Positions 15,468 through 23,593 of a stretch of DNA of 64,000 nt are shown here, one piece after another. A model generated the notes under the pieces. The model was given only the letters and a program-made list of their open reading frames with translations, ran no database searches and had not been told where the DNA came from. The DNA is from an uncultured bacterium. Its GTDB lineage: Bacteria > Verrucomicrobiota > Kiritimatiellia > RFP12 > UBA1067. The stretch is taken from positions 3,200-67,199 of the forward strand of contig CACZDG010000003.1 in NCBI GenBank assembly GCA_902779865.1, written 5' to 3'. Positions within the stretch are counted from its first letter, which is position 1. The number at the start of each line of letters is the position of its first letter. The position numbers and the translations under genes are program-made.

Positions 15468-17104
15468 CGTTGCGGCCATACCAGCGCGAGGCGATAGACT
15501 CGCTGAACACGTTCCTGCGCTCGTCCGACATGAACCCGTGCGTCGTGCTGCCCACGGGAAGCGGCAAGAGCCTCGTCATGGCAAGCGCCATCGACGAGTG
15601 GAAGCAGCTCTACCCGCCGTTCAAGTGTGTGGTGCTGGCACACCGCAAGGAGCTTGTGGAGCAGAACTACGGCGAGTTCATGGGCATCGTGGGCGACGAG
15701 CTCTTCGGCGGGCGCGGCTGGAAGGTGGGCGTGTACTCCGCCGGGCTCGGGCGCAAGGACGAGGACGCCGACGTGATCTTCGCCGGCATCGACTCCATCT
15801 GGAAGCGCGGCGGCGACTTCCGCTTCGACTGCATCATCGTTGACGAGGCGCACCGCATCCCGATCAGCGGCGAGGGCAAGTACCGCGAGTTCATCAGGTT
15901 GGCACGGCTGGCAAACCCGAACATCCGCGTGGTGGGCTTCACGGCGACGCCCTTCCGCCTCGGCTCCGGCCCGATCTGCCACAAGGACCATATACTGAAC
16001 GAGATCTGCTACGAGGCGAACGTGGGCGACCTCATCAGGCAGGGCTACCTGTGCAAGCTGCGGAGCAAGGTGTCAACGGAGGAGCCGGATTTGGCGGGCG
16101 TGAAGAAGTCCGGCGGCGACTACCAGCAGAAGAGCCTGGGCGAGGCCATGCGCTCGGGCGACCTCGTTGCGCGGGCCGTCTCGGACGCGCTGAAGCACCT
16201 GAACGCGGAGGGGCGGCGGTGCGTGGTGTGGTTCTGCGTGGACGTGAAGCACGTGCAGGACGTGGCGCGTATGCTGGCCATGCACGGCGAGCACGCGGCG
16301 GTCGTGACGGGAAACACGCCGGCCGGAGAGCGCGACCGTCTCGTTGACGACTTCCGCAACGGGCGGTACAGGCACATGTGCAACGTGAACGTGTTCACGG
16401 AGGGCTTCAACGTGAAGCAGGTGGACGGCATAGTGCTCCTTCGCCCGACGCTCTCAAAGGGCATGTACGCGCAGATGGTGGGGCGTGGCCTGCGCAGGCA
16501 CCCGGACAAGGAGGACTGCCTCATCCTCGACTACGCGCGGTGCATCGAGACGCACGGGCCGATAGACTGCCTGGAGGCCGGGCGCGTGCGCGTGGAGGTT
16601 TGCGGCAACTGCCGCGAGGTGTTCTCGCGCGGCGTGAGGGTGTGCCCGCACTGCGGCTGGGAGATTCCCAAGCAGGTGATAGAGGAGCGCGAGGCGGCGG
16701 AACGCGAGCGCCAGATGCACGAGGCGGAGGCGGCGAGGCTGGCAATCCTCGGCACGGAGCCGGAGACGCTGGAGGTGGACGACGTGAGCGTGACGCGGCA
16801 CAGCAAGCTAGGCTCGCCCGACTCGATCTGCGTCATGTACCGCTGCGGCATCAGGACGTTCCGCGAGTGGATATGCCTCGACCATCCAGGCTACGCGGGC
16901 GCGAAGGCGCACAGGTGGTGGGCGACCCGCTTCGGCGAGAGGAGCGCGGAGAAGGCGACCGTGGACACGGCGCTCGCCGACATGTTCCTCAACTACGCGA
17001 TCAAGGCCGTGACGCGGAAGATCACGGTCGTGAAGCGCGGCAAGTATTTTGAAATCATCAACTACAGCTTAAACAAGGAGACGCATGTCATCCACGATTC
17101 TTGA
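15461..17104 (+). CDS. SF2 DEAD/DEAH-box DNA helicase with C-terminal zinc ribbon
   Basis: LPTGSGKS (motif I), IIVDEAHR (motif II), FTATP, VNVFTEGFNV, QMVGRGLR, CGNC...CPHCG. Confidence 0.85.
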   Translation: MLTLRPYQREAIDSLNTFLRSSDMNPCVVLPTGSGKSLVMASAIDEWKQLYPPFKCVVLAHRKELVEQNYGEFMGIVGDELFGGRGWKVGVYSAGLGRKDEDADVIFAGIDSIWKRGGDFRFDCIIVDEAHRIPISGEGKYREFIRLARLANPNIRVVGFTATPFRLGSGPICHKDHILNEICYEANVGDLIRQGYLCKLRSKVSTEEPDLAGVKKSGGDYQQKSLGEAMRSGDLVARAVSDALKHLNAEGRRCVVWFCVDVKHVQDVARMLAMHGEHAAVVTGNTPAGERDRLVDDFRNGRYRHMCNVNVFTEGFNVKQVDGIVLLRPTLSKGMYAQMVGRGLRRHPDKEDCLILDYARCIETHGPIDCLEAGRVRVEVCGNCREVFSRGVRVCPHCGWEIPKQVIEEREAAERERQMHEAEAARLAILGTEPETLEVDDVSVTRHSKLGSPDSICVMYRCGIRTFREWICLDHPGYAGAKAHRWWATRFGERSAEKATVDTALADMFLNYAIKAVTRKITVVKRGKYFEIINYSLNKETHVIHDS

Positions 17105-19346
17105 CGCGGCGTTGAAGTACGCCGAACAGGGCTGGAAGGTGTTCCCACTCCAGCCGAACACGAAGATACCCTTCCCCGGCACGAACGGCGTGAAGGACGC
17201 GACGGACAACCCCGAGACGATACGGGCGTGGTGGAACGTCCACCCGGACGCGAACGTAGGGCTTGCGTGCGGCGAGCCGAGCGGCGTGTGGGTGGTGGAC
17301 ATAGACGTGGGCCACAAGGCGGGAGTGGACGGGTTCGCGTCGCTGGTTGGCAAGAACATCACGCTGCCGGAGACGGTCTACCAGGACACGCCGAGCGGCG
17401 GGCGGCACATGCTGTACCGGCTGGGCGAGGGAGACGAGCCGCCGAGAAACAAGAACAGCTTCATGCCGGGAATCGACATACGCGGGACGGGCTACTACAT
17501 CGTGCTTGCGCCGTCCGTGATCGACGGCAAGCCATACGCGATGCACGACGAGGACGTTCTCGCCGCGTTCCCGGACGCGATGAGGCCGCACGCCACGGCG
17601 AGGGCGACCATGCCGTGGGACATGCCCAAGCCGCAGCCGGCTTCGAGCGTTGCGGACAGGGCGAGGGCGTACCTTCGCGAATGCGACCCCGCCGTGCAGG
17701 GCATGGGCGGCCACAACGCCCTTCTGTGGGCGGCGCAGGCCATGGTGGTAGGCTTCAAGCTCACGGACGCCGAGGCGTTGCAGCTCCTGTGGAGCGAGTA
17801 CAACCCGCGCTGCACGCCGCCGTGGGACGCTGGCAATGCCAGGGACCGCCGCGACTTCGAGCGAAAGGTGGCGGAGGCGAGGCGGCATCCCGTCAAGGAG
17901 GACGGTTGGCTTTTGAAGGAGACGGGCTTCAACGTGGCGGACGACGCGCTCGACTTCGCGGGTGCGGCGCTTGCGGAGAGCTTCCTGTCGCCGCCGGAGC
18001 GCAAGCCCGAGGCCAAGGCGGAGGAATCGACGCTTGTCACCGCGCCGCTCACGGAGATACCGCAGGAGCTTCTGAACCCGCCGGGGCTCGTGGGCGACAT
18101 CTGCCGCTGGATGAACGACACGGCGGGATGCTACCAGCCCGTGCTGGCACTGGGCGCGTCGCTCGTGTTCTGCGGGGCGCTGTTCGGACGCAAGGTGAAG
18201 GACGAGTCGAACGGGCGCACGAACATCTACGGCATGGGCGTGGGGCATTCGAGCGCGGGGAAGGACCACGCCGCGAAGTGCATAGCGCGAATCATACAGG
18301 CGGCGAGGTGCGAGGGACTGCTCGGCGGCGAGGTCACGAGCGACACAGCGATTGAGATCAGCTTGAAGGAGTCGCCGTCAAAGCTGTTCGTCATGGACGA
18401 GGTGGGGCACTTCCTTCGGACGATCAACCAGGCGAAGGGCACGACGCCGCATTTGAAGACAATCGTGCCGATGTTCATGAAGCTGTTCAGCGCGGCGAAC
18501 TCGCTATACATCGGGAAGCAGCGCGTCACGGGCGGACCGGCGAACCAGATAGACCAGCCGTGCGTGTGCATCTGGGGCGTGACGAGTCCGCAGATTCTCT
18601 TCGACAACATGACGCGCGAGGAGCTGGAGGGCGGATGGACGGCGCGGAACCTCGTGTTCATCACCGACACGCGGCCGGAATACAGGTTCACGCGGGAATC
18701 GACCGTGCCCGAGCACATAGCGACGCTCGTGCAGGCGTGGTACTCGCGCGTCGTGCCGCCGCCGGAGGGCGCGGGCAACCTCGCCCACGCACGTGCCTGG
18801 CAAATCGTCGTGCCGACCGCGCCGGACGCGCTCGACGTGTTCTCGAAGTTCGGGCACAAGGCGCACGAGCGTATGCTCAAGGCCGACAAGTCCGGCGACG
18901 TGTGCAACTACCTGTGGGGCAAGGCGCTGGAGAACGCAAGGCGCATCGCACTGATCGTGGCGTGCGGCGAGAACTTCGACGGCATGGAGATCGGCAGGGC
19001 CGAGGCCGAGTACGGGTGCCAGCTCGTGGAATGGCTTATCTACAGGTTGTCTGAAGCGGTTCACAACAACGTGGCCGAGACCGGATGGGAACACGACAAG
19101 CAGCGCATCTACAAGCTGATCGCGAACATGCAGGGCGAGGGCATGAGCAAGTCCGAACTTACGCGCAAGACGCAGTGGGTGAAGGACCGGCGCGTGCGCA
19201 ACGACTACCTCGACGACCTCATGGACGCCGGAATGATTGTGAGCGGCCCGGCGAGCGAGCACGGAGGGCGCATCTGGCTGTGGGCGACCAAGTGGCTTCC
19301 GAAGGAGCGCGTAAAGGAAATCATAGAAGCAAGGAGAAACTCATGA
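17085..19346 (+). CDS. bifunctional primase-polymerase (PrimPol N-domain, PriCT-like) fused to P-loop helicase-like domain
   Basis: GWKVFPL...KIP, VWVVDIDV, TPSGGRHMLY, IDIRGTGYYIVLAPS, then GHSSAGKD / FVMDEVG. Confidence 0.85.
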   Translation: MSSTILDAALKYAEQGWKVFPLQPNTKIPFPGTNGVKDATDNPETIRAWWNVHPDANVGLACGEPSGVWVVDIDVGHKAGVDGFASLVGKNITLPETVYQDTPSGGRHMLYRLGEGDEPPRNKNSFMPGIDIRGTGYYIVLAPSVIDGKPYAMHDEDVLAAFPDAMRPHATARATMPWDMPKPQPASSVADRARAYLRECDPAVQGMGGHNALLWAAQAMVVGFKLTDAEALQLLWSEYNPRCTPPWDAGNARDRRDFERKVAEARRHPVKEDGWLLKETGFNVADDALDFAGAALAESFLSPPERKPEAKAEESTLVTAPLTEIPQELLNPPGLVGDICRWMNDTAGCYQPVLALGASLVFCGALFGRKVKDESNGRTNIYGMGVGHSSAGKDHAAKCIARIIQAARCEGLLGGEVTSDTAIEISLKESPSKLFVMDEVGHFLRTINQAKGTTPHLKTIVPMFMKLFSAANSLYIGKQRVTGGPANQIDQPCVCIWGVTSPQILFDNMTREELEGGWTARNLVFITDTRPEYRFTRESTVPEHIATLVQAWYSRVVPPPEGAGNLAHARAWQIVVPTAPDALDVFSKFGHKAHERMLKADKSGDVCNYLWGKALENARRIALIVACGENFDGMEIGRAEAEYGCQLVEWLIYRLSEAVHNNVAETGWEHDKQRIYKLIANMQGEGMSKSELTRKTQWVKDRRVRNDYLDDLMDAGMIVSGPASEHGGRIWLWATKWLPKERVKEIIEARRNS

Positions 19347-19492
19347 AGACAAGAAAATGGGCGACCGTCACGTGCGGCGGCAAGACGTACCGCATGTGCC
19401 GCGCAAAGCACTACATGCTGAGCAGGTGCTTCTACTGCGCGTTCAGATGTTCAGCGACGGGGGGGGTAGAAACGAGCTTCCGCCGTTTCTGA
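19343..19492 (+). CDS. 49-aa Cys-rich protein
   Basis: ATGA-coupled to the primase gene: MKTRKWATVTCGGKTYRMCRAKHYMLSRCFYCAFRC... Confidence 0.45.
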   Translation: MKTRKWATVTCGGKTYRMCRAKHYMLSRCFYCAFRCSATGGVETSFRRF

Positions 19493-19498
19493 GGTGCA

Positions 19499-19909
19499 GT
19501 GATGGAATCTACTTCAAGAGAGTCAAGGACGCCTGAACAGGTCGTTATCGTGCTTCCGCTTCCGCCGCGCGTGCTGTCGCCGAACTGTCCGGCGGGGACG
19601 CGCGGAGGGCGTTTCGCGCGCGCTGCGGCCGCGAAACGGTACAAACAACTCGCCGAGAGCGCAACGGTTGAGGCGGCCGCGGGCATGGCATGGGAGAAAT
19701 CGGCTGTCAAGGCGTTGTTCTACCACAAAACGGCGCGTAGGCGCGACGACGTGAACCACCTCGCCATGCTGAAACCCGCATACGACGGCGTCGTGCTGGC
19801 GGGATTGATACCCGACGACGACCGCGCCCACCTGCGGACGGAGGGCGCGGAGTTCTTCGTGGACAAAAAGAACCCGCGTGTAGAGCTGGTCTTCACGCGG
19901 GAGTGGTAG
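19499..19909 (+). CDS. rusA: RusA-family Holliday-junction resolvase
   Basis: LPLPPRVLSPN...RRRDDVNHLAMLKPAYDGVVLAGLIPDDD matches RusA catalytic Asp motifs. The start could be the ATG at 19502. Confidence 0.7.
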   Translation: MMESTSRESRTPEQVVIVLPLPPRVLSPNCPAGTRGGRFARAAAAKRYKQLAESATVEAAAGMAWEKSAVKALFYHKTARRRDDVNHLAMLKPAYDGVVLAGLIPDDDRAHLRTEGAEFFVDKKNPRVELVFTREW

Positions 19910-19927
19910 CGGCGGTTTTGGGATCCG

Positions 19928-20611
19928 TCACTCGTTGAGGCACAGCTTGCGCACGGTCTTCGCGTTCCACGCGCCGTGCCTGGCAAGATCGCGCCGGTTG
20001 GCGTTGAGCCACGTCATTATCGCATGGTAGGCCATGCCCTCGCGGTGCATGTGCCGTATTTCGTCGATCACGTCTCGCTCGCGCTGGCACGGGAGCATAC
20101 GCTTCGCGTCCGCCGGGTCCGGCATCCAGCCGTAGGGGCATTCGCTGCCCATGCGGCGGCCCTGCGACTGGTGGAAGCGCATCGCGTGGCGAGTGCGGGA
20201 CGCGATCATCTTGCGCTCGTACTCCGCGATCACCGACAGTATCTGCCGAATCATCACGGCCTCGTCCGAGTCGCCCTTCACGTCGCCCGTGACGGCCTCG
20301 ATGGACGCGCCGCGCTTCATCACGGCGCGGTTTATCTGCTCCGAGAGGTACACGTTGCGAGCGAGCCTGTCGCGCTTGTACACCAGGAGCACGCCGCCCT
20401 TCGGAAGCGCCTCGATGGCCTGCCACAGCTTCTCGCGGAACTCGTCGGCGCCGGACACGTCCGGGTCGTCGTAGCACGCTGCGACCTCCATGCCGTGTGC
20501 GGCCGCGTACTTCTCGCAGTAGTCGCGCTGCACCTCGCACGACTCGCACTTCTCCGCGTTCGCCCGTGGCGAGAACCGCGTGTATATGACTGCCTGTTTC
20601 AAAACTGCCAT
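19928..20611 (-). CDS. small serine recombinase (resolvase catalytic domain plus partial 'Recombinase' domain, no zinc-ribbon/coiled-coil)
   Basis: AVIYTRFSP...Q (catalytic Ser), VYKRDRLARN, IAEYERKMIASRTR, CPYGW. Start set at MAVLKQ. Confidence 0.8.
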   Translation of the reverse strand: MAVLKQAVIYTRFSPRANAEKCESCEVQRDYCEKYAAAHGMEVAACYDDPDVSGADEFREKLWQAIEALPKGGVLLVYKRDRLARNVYLSEQINRAVMKRGASIEAVTGDVKGDSDEAVMIRQILSVIAEYERKMIASRTRHAMRFHQSQGRRMGSECPYGWMPDPADAKRMLPCQRERDVIDEIRHMHREGMAYHAIMTWLNANRRDLARHGAWNAKTVRKLCLNE

Positions 20612-20865
20612 CCTTTCTGCTCCATCTGGCTTTGCCAATCGACCGTTAGTTTAGCAAAAATCACCGCGCCTGTCGCGTCCACGAGCATTCGCGGAGCGGA
20701 TTCCAGCCGCTCGTGGCGCACCGTGAACACGGCGACGGCCTCGCCGGACGGCGAGATCGCTGGCGTTGCGTCCTCGACGCGCCACGTCCCGACATGGCAG
20801 GGGATTCTCACCCCCGCCATGCCAAGGCGCAGCTGGACGCGGTTTCTGCGCGTTCCAGGCACCAT
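20599..20865 (-). CDS. hypothetical protein
   Basis: Start at MVPGTR after GGGAGG. Overlaps the recombinase start by 13 nt. Confidence 0.5.
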   Translation of the reverse strand: MVPGTRRNRVQLRLGMAGVRIPCHVGTWRVEDATPAISPSGEAVAVFTVRHERLESAPRMLVDATGAVIFAKLTVDWQSQMEQKGWQF

Positions 20866-21014
20866 CAGCGCACCTCCCTGACTTCCCAGTAGGTGTACGG
20901 GCCGAAGAAGCCCATGCGCCTGTAGCGCCACTTCACGTTAGCGAGGGCCTTCGCGGCGCTTTTCGCGACCGTGCGCTCCTCGCCCGCGTGGGTATAGACT
21001 ATGAACTCACGCAT
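20865..21014 (-). CDS. hypothetical 49-aa protein
   Basis: MREFIVY after GGAAGGAGG. ATGA-coupled downstream. Confidence 0.45.
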   Translation of the reverse strand: MREFIVYTHAGEERTVAKSAAKALANVKWRYRRMGFFGPYTYWEVREVR

Positions 21015-21135
21015 GGTCGGCCTCCTTCCCGTTCTTGTTCGCGCTGGACAGCGCAAGCCCGCTTCCGAGGCCCCGCTCGCGTATCAGCTTGCGCAGCTCG
21101 CTCGTGCCCATCTGCTCATAGTTGTCATTGTCCAT
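21007..21135 (-). CDS. hypothetical 42-aa protein
   Basis: Own translation MDNDNYEQMGTSELRKLIRERGLGSGLALSSANKNGKEADHA. AAGGAGA RBS. Confidence 0.4.
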   Translation of the reverse strand: MDNDNYEQMGTSELRKLIRERGLGSGLALSSANKNGKEADHA

Positions 21136-21214
21136 GACGGTCTCCTTGTGCTTTCACGTGATTGCATGGGTTAGCACCCCGCCCCGCAAACGGTACGGGG
21201 CAGGGCGCGTGTTT

Positions 21215-21400
21215 TCAGTCGGCGAACGCGAGGCGTCCGTCGCGCGCGAGCGTGACAAGCTCGTCGACCACGCGGGCCTCAAGCTCGATCACGACCTTCG
21301 CCTGCGCGTACTTGTCGGCTATCGGCCTGTCGCGCACTTCAGCCAGGAACGCCAGCGCGTTCATGGCCCTGCGGGGAAGCGTGTAGATGCGCTTACGCAT
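21215..21400 (-). CDS. hypothetical 61-aa protein
   Basis: MRKRIYTL after GAAAGGGGG. Overlaps the upstream gene by 8 nt. Confidence 0.45.
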   Translation of the reverse strand: MRKRIYTLPRRAMNALAFLAEVRDRPIADKYAQAKVVIELEARVVDELVTLARDGRLAFAD

Positions 21401-21650
21401 GGTACGCCCCCTTTCCGCATACCAGGCCGTCAGAATAGAAGCGCGTGCCGAAGGCGTCAAAATACCTGATGCCGTGCGCGTTGGTGTGGCAGCGGTAATT
21501 CAAATGGCGGACGCTGGGCTTGTTTCGTTTGGTCGTTGTATGGGTAATCTCTACGGCAACTGTGCGCGTAGCTGGATAGTAGCGCAGCACTTTCATCTGC
21601 GCCAGGCTTCCGTCGTGATACACGAATCGGAACTTCATCTTGTTGCTCAT
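21393..21650 (-). CDS. hypothetical 85-aa protein (first gene of the leftward operon)
   Basis: ORF track, GGAG RBS. Confidence 0.55.
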   Translation of the reverse strand: MSNKMKFRFVYHDGSLAQMKVLRYYPATRTVAVEITHTTTKRNKPSVRHLNYRCHTNAHGIRYFDAFGTRFYSDGLVCGKGAYHA

Positions 21651-21793
21651 GGGAACTACTCCATTTGCAAATTGGCCTCATGCGGTTAGTTCTGGCGGCA
21701 TAGCCGCACCCGCACGAGGCCAAAGGCTTGTTGTTCGCACACGCCCGATCACGGAACTACTCGCTCACGGCTCCTATTTGGAGGAACGCGAAT

Positions 21794-21823
21794 AGAATAG
21801 CACACCTAGCGCACCTAGCGCAA
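21794..21823 (-). promoter_or_regulatory. leftward promoter TTGCGC-18-TGcTATTCT with tandem CACCTAGCG repeats in the spacer
   Basis: -35 at 21818-21823, -10 at 21794-21799 (reverse-complement coordinates). 9-bp repeats at 21803-21811 and 21812-21820. Confidence 0.45.
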
Positions 21824-21888
21824 GCACTTTTTTCAGAAAAATTAAAATGGTTTTATAATCGCTCGTTTTGACGCGAAATCACACCTAT

Positions 21889-22227
21889 TTAGTCAAATAT
21901 AAAATCAAGCAACACGAGCATGGCCAGAAAGAAAACAATCGACGCCGCCCAGTTCAGCACGCGAACAGGCCATGATCGACTGCCGTATTCAAGCGGCATG
22001 GTAATGCGCGTGACTTCGAGCGCACGCAGCGCGATCCACGCGCACACCGTCATTGCCAGAACATACCTGGCACCGAACGCCGAGCCGGTTATCGCGCACG
22101 CTGCCAGCCTCGCCAGCGACACGAGCGCGAACGTGAGCGCGAACGACAGCGCCATGCGCACCGTCGCCACTATTGCCAGCATTGCCAGTCTTCTGCCCGT
22201 ACCAGTCGTTTTGCCTGTCGTGTCCAT
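21889..22227 (-). CDS. 112-aa polytopic membrane protein (3-4 TM), lysogen-expressed candidate
   Basis: Strongly hydrophobic helices. A promoter lies directly upstream. The antisense ORF 21920-22333 is Ser/Ala-rich, typical of a shadow frame. Confidence 0.6.
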   Translation of the reverse strand: MDTTGKTTGTGRRLAMLAIVATVRMALSFALTFALVSLARLAACAITGSAFGARYVLAMTVCAWIALRALEVTRITMPLEYGSRSWPVRVLNWAASIVFFLAMLVLLDFIFD

Positions 22228-22233
22228 GCCGAT

Positions 22234-22262
22234 ATTGTACCATGTCCGCCCCAGTTCCGCAA
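22234..22262 (-). promoter_or_regulatory. promoter TTGCGG-17-TGgTACAAT, 6 nt from the ATG (leaderless transcript predicted)
   Basis: -10 at 22234-22239, TGG at 22240-22242, -35 at 22257-22262. ATG at 22227. Confidence 0.55.
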
Positions 22263-22978
22263 CCTCGCGTTTTCAAGTGTCGGCTTGTGTGTTGTACCAA
22301 AACAACCTCGGTATAAACGTGCTTTTGGCTTGAATCTTGAAAACCAATTTGAACACAAAACCCTTGCAAACATTGGGTGAAATGACATTCATTCAAAATA
22401 TCTATATATATCTTTTTTTTATAAATGTATTCGTGTGCGCGTATGTGTATAGGCTTGAATTTTGAAAACGCAACAACACCACGCCAGCCTCGGTATCATG
22501 CCGCACCGCTCATGGCCTGCCGCCGCGCCCATGCCTGCCTCGATCTCGCGCCTCGCGCCTCGCCCCGCCCCGCCCCTCGCCCGCCCCGACGGGTGCCGAC
22601 GGGTAGGGCGAGGTTGCACCGGGACCGTGCGCGCGACCTGCCCTTTCCCCAGTCGATTCCGCCCTTCCGTCCGCCGAGCCAGCCGTGCCAGCCCGTGCCA
22701 GATGCCCGCATGAGGGTCATTCAGGGCAGCATCACGGCGTTGAGGATAATACCAAGCGGGCGCATGGTTCAATGACCCGCGCCGTGAGCGGTTGAACGAG
22801 GGCGGAAGGACGGGCGGACGCCGCATGGAGCGCATCGACCCCGCGCCGCCGAAAATCTTTGTCACGCCCCCCGCCCGTTTCGCGTTGGGTCCCCCTATGC
22901 TACCCCCTGCCCCCGCACGCCCGTTTTGCGGGAGTCCCCCGCCCGAAAATATATTTTCCGAAAAAAACGAGTCCCCTC

Positions 22979-23008
22979 TTGCTTTTGGGTGCTATCATGT
23001 GCTATCAT
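22979..23008 (+). promoter_or_regulatory. candidate packaging/late promoter TTGCTT-18-TGcTATCAT
   Basis: -35 at 22979-22984, -10 at 23003-23008. GCTATCAT is duplicated 10 bp apart. A GAAAATATATTTTC palindrome lies at 22945-22958 upstream. Confidence 0.45.
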
Positions 23009-23017
23009 ATTCGCGCC

Positions 23018-23593
23018 GTGGCAAAAGTGAATCCAGAGGTCAAGACCCGGCTGCTGGCCGAGGGAACGTGGAACGATTTCTGCCTGTTCCGCGACAACGC
23101 GCAGAAGGAGGGCAACACCCCTGCTGCGGCGGAGAGGCTTGCCGTCGCCAAGTTCTGCCCGGATCTGGCAGGGCTTCCCCGCGTTTCCCACAAGAAGGGC
23201 GCGAACGGGAAGGCGAAGGAGGCCGTGTCGGTTCCGTCAACGTCGATTTCCGTCGCCGCGTCCGTTGCGAAGGGGTTGAAGGCCATGACGGGCGTGTCGC
23301 TTGCAGTGTTCGAGGGCAAGAAATGCACGATGGTGGAGGCGCTCGACTGGGTTATCGACGCGCTTGCGCTCGACCCGTCGCAGGTGAGGCCGGAGACGGC
23401 CCCGGCGGCGAAGGCGTGGAGCCTGTACCTGATGTGCAGGCGGAGTCCTGCGTTCGCGGAGGACGTGATCTCCAAGGCGGTGGTCCGCCAGATACCGAAC
23501 GGGACGCGGGACGAGGACTCCGGCGGCGAGAAGTTCGCCGGGGAGCGCGAGTACGACATGCTCGCGGCGATGCGGGAGGAGGGCGTGTCGTGA
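23018..23593 (+). CDS. hypothetical protein, candidate small terminase subunit (by position only)
   Basis: In frame with ORF 22859-23593, starting after the promoter (GTG 23018). Stop overlaps the terL start (GTGA). Confidence 0.4.
   Translation: MAKVNPEVKTRLLAEGTWNDFCLFRDNAQKEGNTPAAAERLAVAKFCPDLAGLPRVSHKKGANGKAKEAVSVPSTSISVAASVAKGLKAMTGVSLAVFEGKKCTMVEALDWVIDALALDPSQVRPETAPAAKAWSLYLMCRRSPAFAEDVISKAVVRQIPNGTRDEDSGGEKFAGEREYDMLAAMREEGVS

Noticed and set aside
21920-22333. 137-aa plus-strand ORF overlapping the membrane-protein gene
   Set aside because: It has the Ser/Ala-rich composition expected for the antisense of a hydrophobic protein. The minus-strand ORF has clear TM helices and a consensus promoter abutting its ATG.
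22792-23589. N-terminal 266 codons of the 892-aa ORF that ends as the terminase large subunit
   Set aside because: This part is Arg/Gly/Pro-rich with no terminase similarity and runs across the predicted late promoter and the terS-candidate gene in another frame. A GTG with a strong GGAGGAGGG RBS at 23590 gives a normal-sized TerL.
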